Notes: a model not told the origin generated them from the sequence alone. Shown: positions 1 through 8,852, counted from the stretch's first letter. The stretch: 37,565 nucleotides of DNA from Acidimicrobiales bacterium (GCA_035942015.1 DASZDM010000233.1:1-37565), one strand, 5' to 3'. Numbers and translations are program-made.

Positions 1-153
1 GTCACATCCCGTGTAGGCAAGAAGCGGGCCGACCTGGCGCACCAGCCGCTCGACTTGATCATCGTCGCCGCTCCTTGGGTCGTGGCCGGCGGCGTCGGCT
101 ACATGGGCATGAAGCGCCTGTTGACGGCCGTGGTGAGGGCCGTCCGCCGCTGA
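1..153 (+). CDS. 3' end of an unidentified gene (partial)
   Basis: Frame 1 is open from base 1 to TGA at 151-153. The translation ...LIIVAAPWVVAGGVGYMGMKRLLTAVVRAVRR ends in a TM-like helix plus a basic tail. 50 aa is too short for a family call. Confidence 0.3.
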   Translation, partial: VTSRVGKKRADLAHQPLDLIIVAAPWVVAGGVGYMGMKRLLTAVVRAVRR

Positions 154-181
154 CTCGCAGGGAACGCGGGAGCCGACACGG

Positions 182-796
182 ATGGGGACGGGTGCCGCAC
201 CGCCCACGACCGCCGACTGGCAGGCACCTCCTCAGGAGCGCTCGCCCGCGTGGCTGACCCGGGCCGTACAGAGCATCGAGAGGTCACAGTCGCTCGACCC
301 ACCGGTGGCCGTGATGGCCCGGATCTCCGATCGGGTCTTGCGGTCCCCGCACGTCCAGGCCACGCTCCGGGGGGAGCAGCTTGGCCATGCCCTGCACCCC
401 CTTCTCACCGACTTCCCGCTGGGATCGTGGATGAGCGCGAACCTGCTCGACCTGTTCGCCGGTCGGCGGGCCCGGCCGGCGGCAACGGGGCTCGTGGGCT
501 TCGGCATCGCCATGGCACTGCCCACCGCCGCCGCCGGTCTGGCCGAATGGCGGTCAGCCGGGCATGTCTCGAGACGGGTGGGCGTCGTGCACGCCGCCGT
601 CAACACCACCGCGCTGACGTTGTACACGGCGTCACTCCTCGCCCGCCTGCGCGGCAACCACCGTCACGGCGTGGTCCTGGCCCTGGCCGGTGGAGGGGCC
701 GCATGGGTGGGCGGCTACGCCGGCGGCCATCTGTCAATGGTGCGCAAGATCGGTACGGCCGACCCCTCTTTCGGCCCGGTGCCTGACCACCCCTGA
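182..796 (+). CDS. DUF2231-like integral membrane protein
   Basis: 204-aa ORF. Motif GHALHPLLTDFPLGSW is followed by several hydrophobic helices, as in DUF2231 proteins. The start codon choice is unverified. Confidence 0.7.
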   Translation: MGTGAAPPTTADWQAPPQERSPAWLTRAVQSIERSQSLDPPVAVMARISDRVLRSPHVQATLRGEQLGHALHPLLTDFPLGSWMSANLLDLFAGRRARPAATGLVGFGIAMALPTAAAGLAEWRSAGHVSRRVGVVHAAVNTTALTLYTASLLARLRGNHRHGVVLALAGGGAAWVGGYAGGHLSMVRKIGTADPSFGPVPDHP

Positions 797-863
797 GGCG
801 TGCTCGCAACAAAACCTTGTAGAAATCGGCCGGACCCTGTTGCCAGAACGGGCGCCGTCCGAA

Positions 864-1334
864 TCAACGCCGGAACACCAGTGCTCGCCACTCACCAGTC
901 AGGGGCAGCGAGGTCAGCACGTCGCCGGCTCGCAGCAGCCAGTCCAGCACGTCGCGGTGACGTTCGGCGAGAGGTACGGCCACCACGAGCCCCCGGCGGG
1001 GATGGTCCTGGATCACCGCCCACGGTTCGGGGATGGCGACGCCCAGTTCAGACAGCCGCCGGGCGACCTTCGGGCCGGCGCCGTGCTCGAGACCGAGGGC
1101 AACGTAATCCGGTCTCCTGCGGGACCGCTCGGCCGGGACCCAGCTGCACTTGACCGCGGTGGCTCCCCGGATCGAGGCTCCCAGAGCCGCTCCGACCGCC
1201 GTGGCATCCTCGGGGTCGAAGCCCGGCTGTAGGATGATCCACCCGGTGCCCGGCGCCAGCTCCGCCATGGCGGCGAGCACCTCGGCCGGAGTTTCGGTTC
1301 GGAAGATGATGGTCTCGGGCGCCGTGCGTCTCAC
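864..1334 (-). CDS. hypothetical protein
   Basis: 156-aa ORF with high third-position GC and balanced composition. The GTG start lies directly after an in-frame TAG. No SD and no recognisable family. Confidence 0.55.
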   Translation of the reverse strand: MRRTAPETIIFRTETPAEVLAAMAELAPGTGWIILQPGFDPEDATAVGAALGASIRGATAVKCSWVPAERSRRRPDYVALGLEHGAGPKVARRLSELGVAIPEPWAVIQDHPRRGLVVAVPLAERHRDVLDWLLRAGDVLTSLPLTGEWRALVFRR

Positions 1335-1656
1335 CTACGAAGGATGCCGCAGAGCCCCATCGCGCGGCGCCCCGCGCTGATACCGGAACGGCCGCCACGG
1401 CGCCCAAGGTGGCACCTAGGAGCCATGCATACTCGACGATGGGGTTGGCGAAGCTGCGACAATCTCCCTTGGCCACACGGAAGAAGTCAGCAGGGGCCGT
1501 ACCGCAATCGCCATACGCGTCGACGACGCCCTGTCGACCATGCTCGGGCTCCGCTGATCGCCGTCCTTCTACTCCGTTTGCTACTCCACTGCAGCGGATC
1601 AGGCGGGGCATCCGTCTCGAGCAGCGGGGTCGCGGCCGCAAGCTGCTCGGCCGAAC

Positions 1657-2253
1657 TCATCGGTTGTCGCCCTTCCGGCGCGGCGCGGCCCGGACGTGCG
1701 CGCGTTCACCGTGTTTGCCGAGCAGGCTCAGGATCTCCACCGGCCGATCACCAGCCGCGCCGAACCAGTGTGGGACCTGAGTGTCGAACTCCGCCACTTC
1801 GCCCGGGCTCATGGTGATGTCGTGGTCGGCGAGAATCAGCCGCAGCTGGCCGCTGAGGACATACAGCCACTCGTAACCCTCGTGAGTACGAAGCTTGGGT
1901 TCGCCGCGCTCGGGCGGAATCACCACCTTCCAAGCATGCACGCCGCTAGGTCGCTGTGTCAGTGGAACGACGATCCGACTGCCACGCTTCTGCGGTGAAA
2001 GGCGGATCCGGGGATCTCCGACCTCCGGGGCCCCGACGAGCTCGTCCAGCGGGATGCGATGGGCTTGGGCGATCGGTAGGAGCAACTCGAGGCTCGGCTT
2101 GCGCTGCCCTGACTCCAGCCGGGAAAGCGTGCTTTTCGAGATCCCTGTGACTGCAGCCAGCTCCGTCAAGGTCACTTTTCGTTGGGTTCGCACCCGCTTG
2201 AGCCGCGGCCCGACCTCAGCGAGCACCAGGTCGATCTCCGGCGAGGTCGCCAT
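1657..2253 (-). CDS. XRE-family transcriptional regulator with C-terminal cupin domain
   Basis: Last 198 codons of the 522-aa track ORF, starting at ATG 2251-2253. HTH segment LTELAAVTGISKSTLSRLESGQRKPS is followed by a cupin-like half (GYEWLYVLSGQLRL...EFDTQVPHWF). Divergent from the flavoprotein gene. Confidence 0.9.
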   Translation of the reverse strand: MATSPEIDLVLAEVGPRLKRVRTQRKVTLTELAAVTGISKSTLSRLESGQRKPSLELLLPIAQAHRIPLDELVGAPEVGDPRIRLSPQKRGSRIVVPLTQRPSGVHAWKVVIPPERGEPKLRTHEGYEWLYVLSGQLRLILADHDITMSPGEVAEFDTQVPHWFGAAGDRPVEILSLLGKHGERAHVRAAPRRKGDNR

Positions 2254-2343
2254 GAGGGCACTCAACCATGGCTTCCCGGAAACAGCAACAAAGGTTGCCA
2301 AGCCAGTGGCGCGGGCGGATGCTGGGCGTCGGAGGTGGTCCCG

Positions 2344-3327
2344 ATGGAAGAGCAGACCTACGACGTGGTGGTGATCGGAGGAGGAGCAGCCGGCCTGAGT
2401 GCTGCGCTGGTTCTCGGCCGAGCCCGACGGCGAGTGGCGGTGATCGACGCCGGGTCTCCACGCAACGCCCCCGCCGCGCACATGCACGGCTTCCTCTCTC
2501 GCGACGGCATGGCACCTACAGCGCTGCTCGCCGCAGGACGGGCCGAGGTGGCGGCCTACGACGTCGAGTTGGTCAGCGATCAGGTGGTTGGGATCGACGC
2601 CGGCTTCTCGATTCGCCTGGCGAGCGGCCGACTGCTGCGGGCCCGACGCGTCCTCGTCGCCACAGGGGTCGGTGATGAGTTGCCAGACATCGCCGGCGTT
2701 CGCCAACGGTGGGGGCGCGATCTCCTCCACTGCCCCTACTGCCACGGCTGGGAGGTCCGCGACCAGCCCCTCGGCGTGCTCGGGACCATCGCCGGCTCCG
2801 TCCAACATGCGCTGCTCGTGCGCCAGTGGTCCAAGGATATGGTGTTCTTCGCGCACACCTACGAGCTCACCGACGATGAGCAAGCCCAGCTCGATGCACG
2901 CGGCATCCGTATCGAGCGCGGCACCGTCACACGGCTGATCATCGAACACGACGAGCTGTGCGGCGTCGAGCTGGCCGACGGCCGGGAGGTGGCACGGTCT
3001 GCTGTGTTCGTCCGGCCCGACAACGTCTCCCACAGCGACGGGCTGCTCGCCGCTCTGGGCTGCACGCTCAACGAATCCGGCTTCGCCTCCGTCGAGGCCA
3101 GCGGCCGAACCAGCGTTTCCGGCGGATGGGCTGCCGGCAACGTCGTCGATCCCCGGGCCCAGGTCATCACGGCGGCCGGCGCCGGCTCGGCGGCAGCGAT
3201 CGCCCTCAACGCCGACCTCGTCCAAGAGGACGTGGAACTAGCGTTGCAGGCAGCTACTGGTGGAGAAGTGCAGTCAGCGCCACCAAGGCAAGGAGATCGG
3301 CACCGGCCCGAGCAGTTTGCCGAATGA
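2344..3327 (+). CDS. NAD(P)/FAD-dependent oxidoreductase (thioredoxin-reductase-like)
   Basis: ATG at 2344. Rossmann motif YDVVVIGGGAAGLSAAL, a CPYCHGWE motif, and a C-terminal GWAAGNV FAD motif. The upstream 54 codons of the track ORF overlap the divergent regulator and are rejected. Confidence 0.9.
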   Translation: MEEQTYDVVVIGGGAAGLSAALVLGRARRRVAVIDAGSPRNAPAAHMHGFLSRDGMAPTALLAAGRAEVAAYDVELVSDQVVGIDAGFSIRLASGRLLRARRVLVATGVGDELPDIAGVRQRWGRDLLHCPYCHGWEVRDQPLGVLGTIAGSVQHALLVRQWSKDMVFFAHTYELTDDEQAQLDARGIRIERGTVTRLIIEHDELCGVELADGREVARSAVFVRPDNVSHSDGLLAALGCTLNESGFASVEASGRTSVSGGWAAGNVVDPRAQVITAAGAGSAAAIALNADLVQEDVELALQAATGGEVQSAPPRQGDRHRPEQFAE

Positions 3328-3470
3328 TCGTTTCGGTCCCGGCGCCACTTCGCTCGACGGCCAGGACCTCGACGTCGCGCTCCACTTCACCGTCAACCTC
3401 GCGCAGCCCCGCCCACTACGGTCGGACAGCAAGATCGACGTGATGCGTCGGCGGCAATGTAGGAGCGGCA

Positions 3471-4028
3471 ATGGCCAAACTGATCTACGCGTCGAACATG
3501 TCCCTCGACGGCTGTACCGAGGACGAACGCGGCGGCTTCAACTGGGCCCCACCGGACGACGACGTGTTCGCGTCCATCACCGACCTCATGCGATCCGCGG
3601 GCACGTACCTCTACGGGCGGCGCATGTACGACACGATGGCCGTCTGGGAAACCGACGCCACCCTGGCCGCGCCGTCGGACCTCACGAGCGACTTCGCGAG
3701 CGCTTGGCAGGCGGCGGACAAAGTCGTCTACTCCACGACCCTGGACGCGACGTCAACCGCCAACACCCGGCTCCAACGCCGCTTCGACCTCGGCGCGGTA
3801 CAAGACCTGAAGGCCGCGGCGAGAAGGGATCTCCTCGTGGGAGGTCCGAACCTCGCGGCACAGGCTTTCAAGGCCGGGCTGGTTGACGAGTGTCACCTGT
3901 ACATCTGGCCCGTCGTCCTCGGTGGGAATAAGCCGGCGCTGCCGACCGACACACGCGCCGAGTTCATGCTCCTCGACGAACGCCGATTCACCAACGGAGT
4001 CGTACACCTCCGTTACCGTCCTCGGTAG
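3471..4028 (+). CDS. dihydrofolate reductase family protein (RibD C-terminal domain type)
   Basis: SD AGGAG lies 6 nt upstream of ATG 3471. MAKLIYASNMSLDG..., LYGRRMY and GGPNLAAQ...HLYIWPVVLGG are typical of this family. Confidence 0.85.
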   Translation: MAKLIYASNMSLDGCTEDERGGFNWAPPDDDVFASITDLMRSAGTYLYGRRMYDTMAVWETDATLAAPSDLTSDFASAWQAADKVVYSTTLDATSTANTRLQRRFDLGAVQDLKAAARRDLLVGGPNLAAQAFKAGLVDECHLYIWPVVLGGNKPALPTDTRAEFMLLDERRFTNGVVHLRYRPR

Positions 4029-4048
4029 GTTTCATTTGGGTGGCCGGG

Positions 4049-4241
4049 CTACCTCTCGAGGTAGTCGGCGAGATTGGCGAGGGACGTGGAGAGCCCAACG
4101 GCGTGGTCTTCCCCGGAGATCCCCTCGGGAACGTTGTCAGCGATGAAGTCGACACGCGTCGCTCCATCGACCGGGGTGAGTTGCCAGGTCATGATCCGTC
4201 GGTTCTCTGACCCGAAGGCTTGTCCTGCGTGGCCATGCCGC
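4049..4241 (-). pseudogene. 5'-truncated remnant of an SRPBCC/AHSA1-type gene
   Basis: Only the C-terminal part is present: ...FGSENRRIMTWQLTPVDGATRVDFIADNVPEGISGEDHAVGLSTSLANLADYLER. The upstream part of the frame runs into the pirin gene (stop at 4242-4244), so about 100 N-terminal codons are missing. An internal ATG at 4190-4192 would give only 47 aa. Confidence 0.5.
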
Positions 4242-5246
4242 TCAGTCCAGGCTCGAGTCGGTCTCCGCGACGACCTCGTTGGTCGGAGCGAGCGGGTGGT
4301 TGCGGGGGATTTCACCGAGGAGGCCGCGCTCGAAGTCGTCGAACGCCTCACGGACCTCTGCCTCGGTGTTCATCACGAACGGCCCGGCCAACGCAACCGG
4401 CTCACGCAGCGGTCGGCCGCCGAGGAACAGCACCTCCATCCCGCCGGTGCGGGTGTCCTGGTCGTCGTCGGCTTCTACGGTGAACGCGTCACCCGAACCC
4501 AGGACGGTGAGGTTGCCGGTCCGCACGGGTCGCCGCTCCAAGCCGACGTAGCCCCGACCCCCGAGGATGTAGACGAGGGCGTTGAAGTCCGTCGGCCAGG
4601 GCAGGACGGCGCGGGAGCCGGGGGCGAAGGTGGCGTGCACCATCGTGATCGGGCTGTGGGTCGAACCGGGGCCGGTGAAGTCGCCCAGCCGGCCGGCGAT
4701 GATGCGCAGCACAGCGTCAGCGTCGGCGGTTGTGACGACCTGGACCAGGTCGGCTTCGACGTCCTGGTAGCGGGGAGCGATCCACTTCTTGGAGCTCGGG
4801 AGGTTCACCCAAAGTTGAAGGCCGTGAAACCAGCCGCCGGTGGCGACGACGTCGGACGGCGGCGTCTCGATGTGGAGGATTCCCTTGCCGGCGGTCATCC
4901 ACTGCGTCCCGCCGTCACGGATGACACCGCCGCCGCCGACGGAGTCGGCGTGTTGGATGACGCCGTCCATCATGTACGTGACCGTCTCGAAACCGCGGTG
5001 GGGATGCCACGGCGTACCTTTGGGATCGCCCGGTGCGTAGTTCACCTCGCCGATCTGGTCGAGGTGAATGAACGGATCGAGATCAGCGAGGGTGACGCCG
5101 GCGAACGCTCGGCGCACCGGGAAGCCCTCGCCCTCGAACCCTTTCGGGGCGTCGGTGACCTGCAGGACCGGGCGCTGACGCACCTGTTCGGTCAGCTTCG
5201 GCAGGCGGTTGAGGGTGGCGGCATCCTCGACGGTGATCGCGGGCAT
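4242..5246 (-). CDS. pirin family protein
   Basis: 334 aa. SD AGGAGG lies 7 nt upstream of the ATG. Bicupin with the metal-site motif PWHPHRGFETVTYMMDG. Confidence 0.95.
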   Translation of the reverse strand: MPAITVEDAATLNRLPKLTEQVRQRPVLQVTDAPKGFEGEGFPVRRAFAGVTLADLDPFIHLDQIGEVNYAPGDPKGTPWHPHRGFETVTYMMDGVIQHADSVGGGGVIRDGGTQWMTAGKGILHIETPPSDVVATGGWFHGLQLWVNLPSSKKWIAPRYQDVEADLVQVVTTADADAVLRIIAGRLGDFTGPGSTHSPITMVHATFAPGSRAVLPWPTDFNALVYILGGRGYVGLERRPVRTGNLTVLGSGDAFTVEADDDQDTRTGGMEVLFLGGRPLREPVALAGPFVMNTEAEVREAFDDFERGLLGEIPRNHPLAPTNEVVAETDSSLD

Positions 5247-5484
5247 GAGGGACCTCCTGCATGTGGCCAGAAAGAGTCAAGCAGCACTTCGTGGGAATGA
5301 GCGTCGGCGTTCGAGAAGTTCGATCACGGTGCCCTCCGGAGTTCCGACGTTCATCGTATCCGGGGGTTTGAGCAGACGAGCTTCGGCTCGGGGAGTGACA
5401 GCGACCTAAGCAGCTCGAGGTTCGAGCCGACGTCATTCGGACTCACCCGCCGCTCGCTACTGGCCGGGCCACCGGTGGCCGCGT

Positions 5485-6462
5485 TCAGGTGAGTGGGAAC
5501 GGCGGCTGCCACCACCACGGCCGGTCGTCGACCTGGATCTCCCTCACCCACTTGACCCACCAGAACCCCCGCCGGTTAGGGGCGACGAGGCGGGCCGGAA
5601 AGCCGTGCCCGGCGGACAGCGGCTTGCCCTCGACGGTCGTGGCGAGGAGCAACACGCCGGTATCACGCCACGGGAACCGGCGGCTGTAGCCCGTCACCGA
5701 GCGCACCACGACGCTGGCGCCGACAGGAGCGCCGGAGGCGGCCAGCAGCCGATCCAGTCCCACGCCGCCCCACCGCTGATGGGCGTACCAGCCACCGGTG
5801 CAATCGAGCGTGGCGACCACCTGGTCGTGACCGAGCCGCTCGAGCTCCTCCCGTGACCACAGCCGGTCCCCCACCCGCACTCGCCAAGTGTCGCCGTTGA
5901 TGGTCGGCACCCCGTCGGTGAGCCACTGGGTGACGGGCATGGCCGAAGGCCGCAACGAACCCCGCTCGAGTGAGCCCGTCACGGCTCGGCCGGCCTGGGG
6001 AAGGGCGACGGTGACGGCCGCGGACCCAGCTGCGACGAGGGCGCCCCGCAGCAGGGTCCGCCGGCCCAGGTCTTCCGCCCGCGGCCGAACGGGACGGGAG
6101 ACGACGTGCCACAGCGCCAGGGGGAGGGTGACGAGGGCGGCACCGACGTGTACCTGCATGACCAGCACCGGTCCGGCGCCTCGGCCCCCGGCGCGGTGGA
6201 CGAAGCCGCTGGCGAGGGCCACCACGACCATCGATGCCAGCCCTAGGGCGGGAAGCGCCGCCACCGCGCCCCGTCGCCTGATTCCCCGGCGGCTGACGGC
6301 GGACTTCCACGGGGCCATCACCACGATGGCGACTCCGGCGGTGCCGTGCACGATCGTCGGCCATCGGCCCCAACCCGACCCGACGGCCCACATCAGCACT
6401 CCACTGGCGAACGCGGTCACGATCAGCAGAAGCAGGGCGAGGTTCGTGCGTCGGCCGGCCAC
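5485..6462 (-). CDS. molybdopterin-dependent oxidoreductase with N-terminal membrane domain
   Basis: 325 aa with a GTG start. The N-terminal ~130 aa form about 4 TM helices containing His residues. Then comes an Oxidored_molyb-like domain (ATLDCTGGW, GHGFPARLVAP, GFWWVKWV). Confidence 0.85.
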   Translation of the reverse strand: MAGRRTNLALLLLIVTAFASGVLMWAVGSGWGRWPTIVHGTAGVAIVVMAPWKSAVSRRGIRRRGAVAALPALGLASMVVVALASGFVHRAGGRGAGPVLVMQVHVGAALVTLPLALWHVVSRPVRPRAEDLGRRTLLRGALVAAGSAAVTVALPQAGRAVTGSLERGSLRPSAMPVTQWLTDGVPTINGDTWRVRVGDRLWSREELERLGHDQVVATLDCTGGWYAHQRWGGVGLDRLLAASGAPVGASVVVRSVTGYSRRFPWRDTGVLLLATTVEGKPLSAGHGFPARLVAPNRRGFWWVKWVREIQVDDRPWWWQPPFPLT

Positions 6463-6542
6463 CCCTCAATCACACCATGGGCCCCGGGCCAGCGGGCGGC
6501 GGCGTGTGGACGACCAGCTCGAACGGCTTTCCCGTTCTGTAC

Positions 6543-7571
6543 CTATTGGCGGAGGACGCGGTGGCGGCGCGCTCGGTCGATCCTGAAGCGGACGGCATGG
6601 GCAACCGCGGTCGCGGCATCGGTTGCCGTCTTCGGAAGGCTCACCAGGAAGCTGGAATCCAGAAAGCCACCCTGGCGGTCACTGAACGCGCCATGCGATC
6701 CGTGGTCCCGACTGTCGTCGGCTGGTTTCCACAGGTTGCTGGGCCGGTCAGGCGCAACGGCTTCGTCGGTCTGCTGACCCGCCACCGCTGAGAGCGCTGC
6801 GTAATGAGAGATCACCGATGGCGCCACCTTCCCGCCGACGACGATGACCTTGTTCCAGGCGCCGAGCACCTTGGAGCGTCGACCGTCCAAGGCTGCGGCC
6901 ACGACATGGCGGGCGGCGATTTCGGGGCCGTAGATGGGTGGCACCGGTTGTGGATGCTTCGGGAGGTGGGTTTCGGACCAGTCGAACTGCGGCGTGTTGA
7001 TCGCTGGGAGGTGCACCATCGACAGTGTCACGCCGCTGCCCTCGTGAAGGAGCTCGGCCCGCACCGACTCGCTGAAGCCACGGCAGGCGAACTTGGCCGC
7101 GCAGTACGCCGACTGGAGCGGGATCCCGACATAGGCCAACGCCGAGCCGACGTTGACGATCCGACCCCGATCGCGACGACGCATGCGGTGGAGGGCAGCG
7201 AGCGTCCCGTGCACCTGGCCGAGGTACGTCACCTCGGTGGCTCGTCGGTACTCGTTCGGCTCAACATCCCAACTCCATGAGAAGACGGTGGCCATGGCGT
7301 TGTTCACCCACACGTCCATGGGCCCGAGCTCGTCTTCGATCCGCGTGGCGGCCCCGTCGACTCCCGTCCAGTCGGCGACGTCGGCGGCGACGGCCACCGC
7401 GGTTCTTCCGTGCTTGCGGACATCGTCGGCGGCGGCGTCGAGCCCGGCTTGCCCGCGGGCGATGATGCCCACGTCGAATCCCTTCGCCGCCAGCTGCTGG
7501 ACGATGGCGCGACCGACGCCCGCCGACCCGCCGGTGACGACAGCGACACCTCGGCGCTGCGATGTGCTCAT
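6543..7571 (-). CDS. SDR family oxidoreductase
   Basis: 342 aa. Contains VVTGGSAGVGRA Rossmann motif and the catalytic YCAAK (Y-x3-K) motif. Confidence 0.9.
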   Translation of the reverse strand: MSTSQRRGVAVVTGGSAGVGRAIVQQLAAKGFDVGIIARGQAGLDAAADDVRKHGRTAVAVAADVADWTGVDGAATRIEDELGPMDVWVNNAMATVFSWSWDVEPNEYRRATEVTYLGQVHGTLAALHRMRRRDRGRIVNVGSALAYVGIPLQSAYCAAKFACRGFSESVRAELLHEGSGVTLSMVHLPAINTPQFDWSETHLPKHPQPVPPIYGPEIAARHVVAAALDGRRSKVLGAWNKVIVVGGKVAPSVISHYAALSAVAGQQTDEAVAPDRPSNLWKPADDSRDHGSHGAFSDRQGGFLDSSFLVSLPKTATDAATAVAHAVRFRIDRARRHRVLRQ

Positions 7572-7816
7572 GGCAGCCGACGAACAAGGCCGTCGTGGTA
7601 CGCCGCAACCCCGCTATCCGCCTCCGGTCGCACGCTCGCGCCGCTACCCCGCCTCTGCGCATGGCAAACGAGCGGTGCCCGTAGGCCTGCCCCTCCCCTC
7701 AGCCGCCGGTTCCCCGCCGGTGAACGGCAAGGTCCGACGGCCGAGAGGCGGAAGGAGTCGCTCGTCAGGGCGGCCCTTCTCGAGCCACGCTTTGGAAAAC
7801 AGCTATCGACAAGCAA

Positions 7817-7833
7817 AGGTGGCGATGCCACCT
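7817..7833 (-). terminator. candidate stem-loop just downstream of the 7837-8142 gene
   Basis: AGGTGGC-gat-GCCACCT is a 7-bp perfect stem beginning 4 nt after the stop codon. On the minus strand it is followed by TTGCTTGTCG...GTTTTCC, which is only weakly T-rich. Confidence 0.3.
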
Positions 7834-7836
7834 GTC

Positions 7837-8142
7837 CTACTCGCGGGAGACGCCTCCGGGATCGACACCTTCCGAGCACCAGTGCATGTCGGTATTCGCG
7901 CAGCTGTCATGGGGAAACTTCTCGCCCACCCTCTCGTTGGCGGTCGGAATGCCACCTTCTCCCTTACCACCCATGATCGGGGCCATCGGGCCTTCTTCTC
8001 CCTTCGGGTACGGCATGTTCTCGACGTTCCCTCGGTCCCAAGCGTGTTCGGGTGCTGGCGTGGCCAGACATGCGTAGGCAGGCGCAGCCAGCAGCGACAG
8101 AGCCATCAGGGCGAAGGCAAAGATCTTCATCGTCCGCTTCAT
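7837..8142 (-). CDS. small exported (possibly lipid-anchored) Met/His/Cys-rich protein
   Basis: SD AAGGAG lies upstream of the ATG. Signal peptide MKRTMKIFAFALMALSLLAAPAYA/C. The mature part carries MPYPKGEEGPMAPIMGG and HDSCANTDMHWC. No family recognised. Confidence 0.65.
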   Translation of the reverse strand: MKRTMKIFAFALMALSLLAAPAYACLATPAPEHAWDRGNVENMPYPKGEEGPMAPIMGGKGEGGIPTANERVGEKFPHDSCANTDMHWCSEGVDPGGVSRE

Positions 8143-8312
8143 CTTGGTTGCTCCTTTCGTCGGGGTCGCCGGTCAATCACCCGGCGGCCTCCCGACAAAA
8201 ACGTGGAGCATCTATGCGCGTCTACACTCAGTTGCGTCGGCACCATCGGTCGCTCAGCGTGGCCGGTGCTTGACGACGCGTCGATCGGTTTCCGGGAAGA
8301 CTGGCTCGGCGG

Positions 8313-8726
8313 CTACGCCGCCGCCAGATCCTGCAGAAACGTCCGGCAGGCGTCCGCACACGTGCGACAAGCTTCCGCACACACCCGGCAGTGCTCCATG
8401 TGGGCAGCGTGGCCTTCGCACTCATCCCCGCAAATCCGGCAGATCTGCTCGCAGGCCTCGACGAGGAGTCGGATGGTGTCACCGTTGAAGCCGGTGATCC
8501 TCGAGAGGGCCCTCGCCGTGGTGAGGCAGACCTCACTACAGTTTTGGCAGCTGGTGATACACCTGACCTGTGCCTTGGGGTCTTCTTCACCGAGGCAGGC
8601 ATCTGCGCAGGCGGCGCAGGTGTTGGCGCACTGGTAGATGCGATCGATGATGCCGATCAGCGTGTTCTCGTCGATGGGCGATGGGCGAGGATGGGTTCTG
8701 ATGAGGTCGTCGACTTGGGTCGTCAT
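8313..8726 (-). CDS. four-helix-bundle Cys-rich copper-binding protein (DUF326/Csp-like)
   Basis: Start taken at ATG 8724-8726 (MTTQVDDL...) because of the SD AAGGAGA upstream. 137 aa with about 17 Cys in repeated C-x3-C arrays (CANTCAACADAC, CEQICRICGDEC, CRVCAEACRTCADAC). No signal peptide. Confidence 0.85.
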   Translation of the reverse strand: MTTQVDDLIRTHPRPSPIDENTLIGIIDRIYQCANTCAACADACLGEEDPKAQVRCITSCQNCSEVCLTTARALSRITGFNGDTIRLLVEACEQICRICGDECEGHAAHMEHCRVCAEACRTCADACRTFLQDLAAA

Positions 8727-8852
8727 TGACTGGTCTCCTTCGATGGACGGATTTTCTGGTTTAACCGGTTGATCGTTATCGCAATCGCGCTTCGACGGCG
8801 TGGGGTGGTGCACCTTGCGCGGGGACGTCCCCCATGGCTCGCCACTCCGGAA

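Noticed and set aside
2254-3225. N-terminal 324 codons of the 522-aa minus-strand ORF
   Set aside because: They are antisense to the flavoprotein gene and low in complexity. The XRE HTH begins right after the internal ATG at 2253.
3492-3508. TCGAAC half-site resembling an actinobacterial LexA box
   Set aside because: The second half (CCCTCG) does not match GTTCGA, and the site lies inside a CDS.
4074-5300. 408-aa plus-strand ORF
   Set aside because: It is entirely antisense to the well-supported pirin gene. The product is Arg/Gly/Ala-rich with no motifs, a typical high-GC shadow ORF.
5419-5428. GGTTCGAGCC, a tRNA T-loop-like string in the pirin/Mo-enzyme intergenic region
   Set aside because: The flanks cannot form T-arm or acceptor stems, and no cloverleaf can be drawn. 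I found no tRNA elsewhere in the window either.
7153-8637. 494-aa plus-strand ORF, the longest in this region
   Set aside because: It runs antisense through the SDR gene, an intergenic region and two metal-cluster genes. The composition is Arg/Ser/Pro/Ala-rich, and no start context or domain is recognisable.
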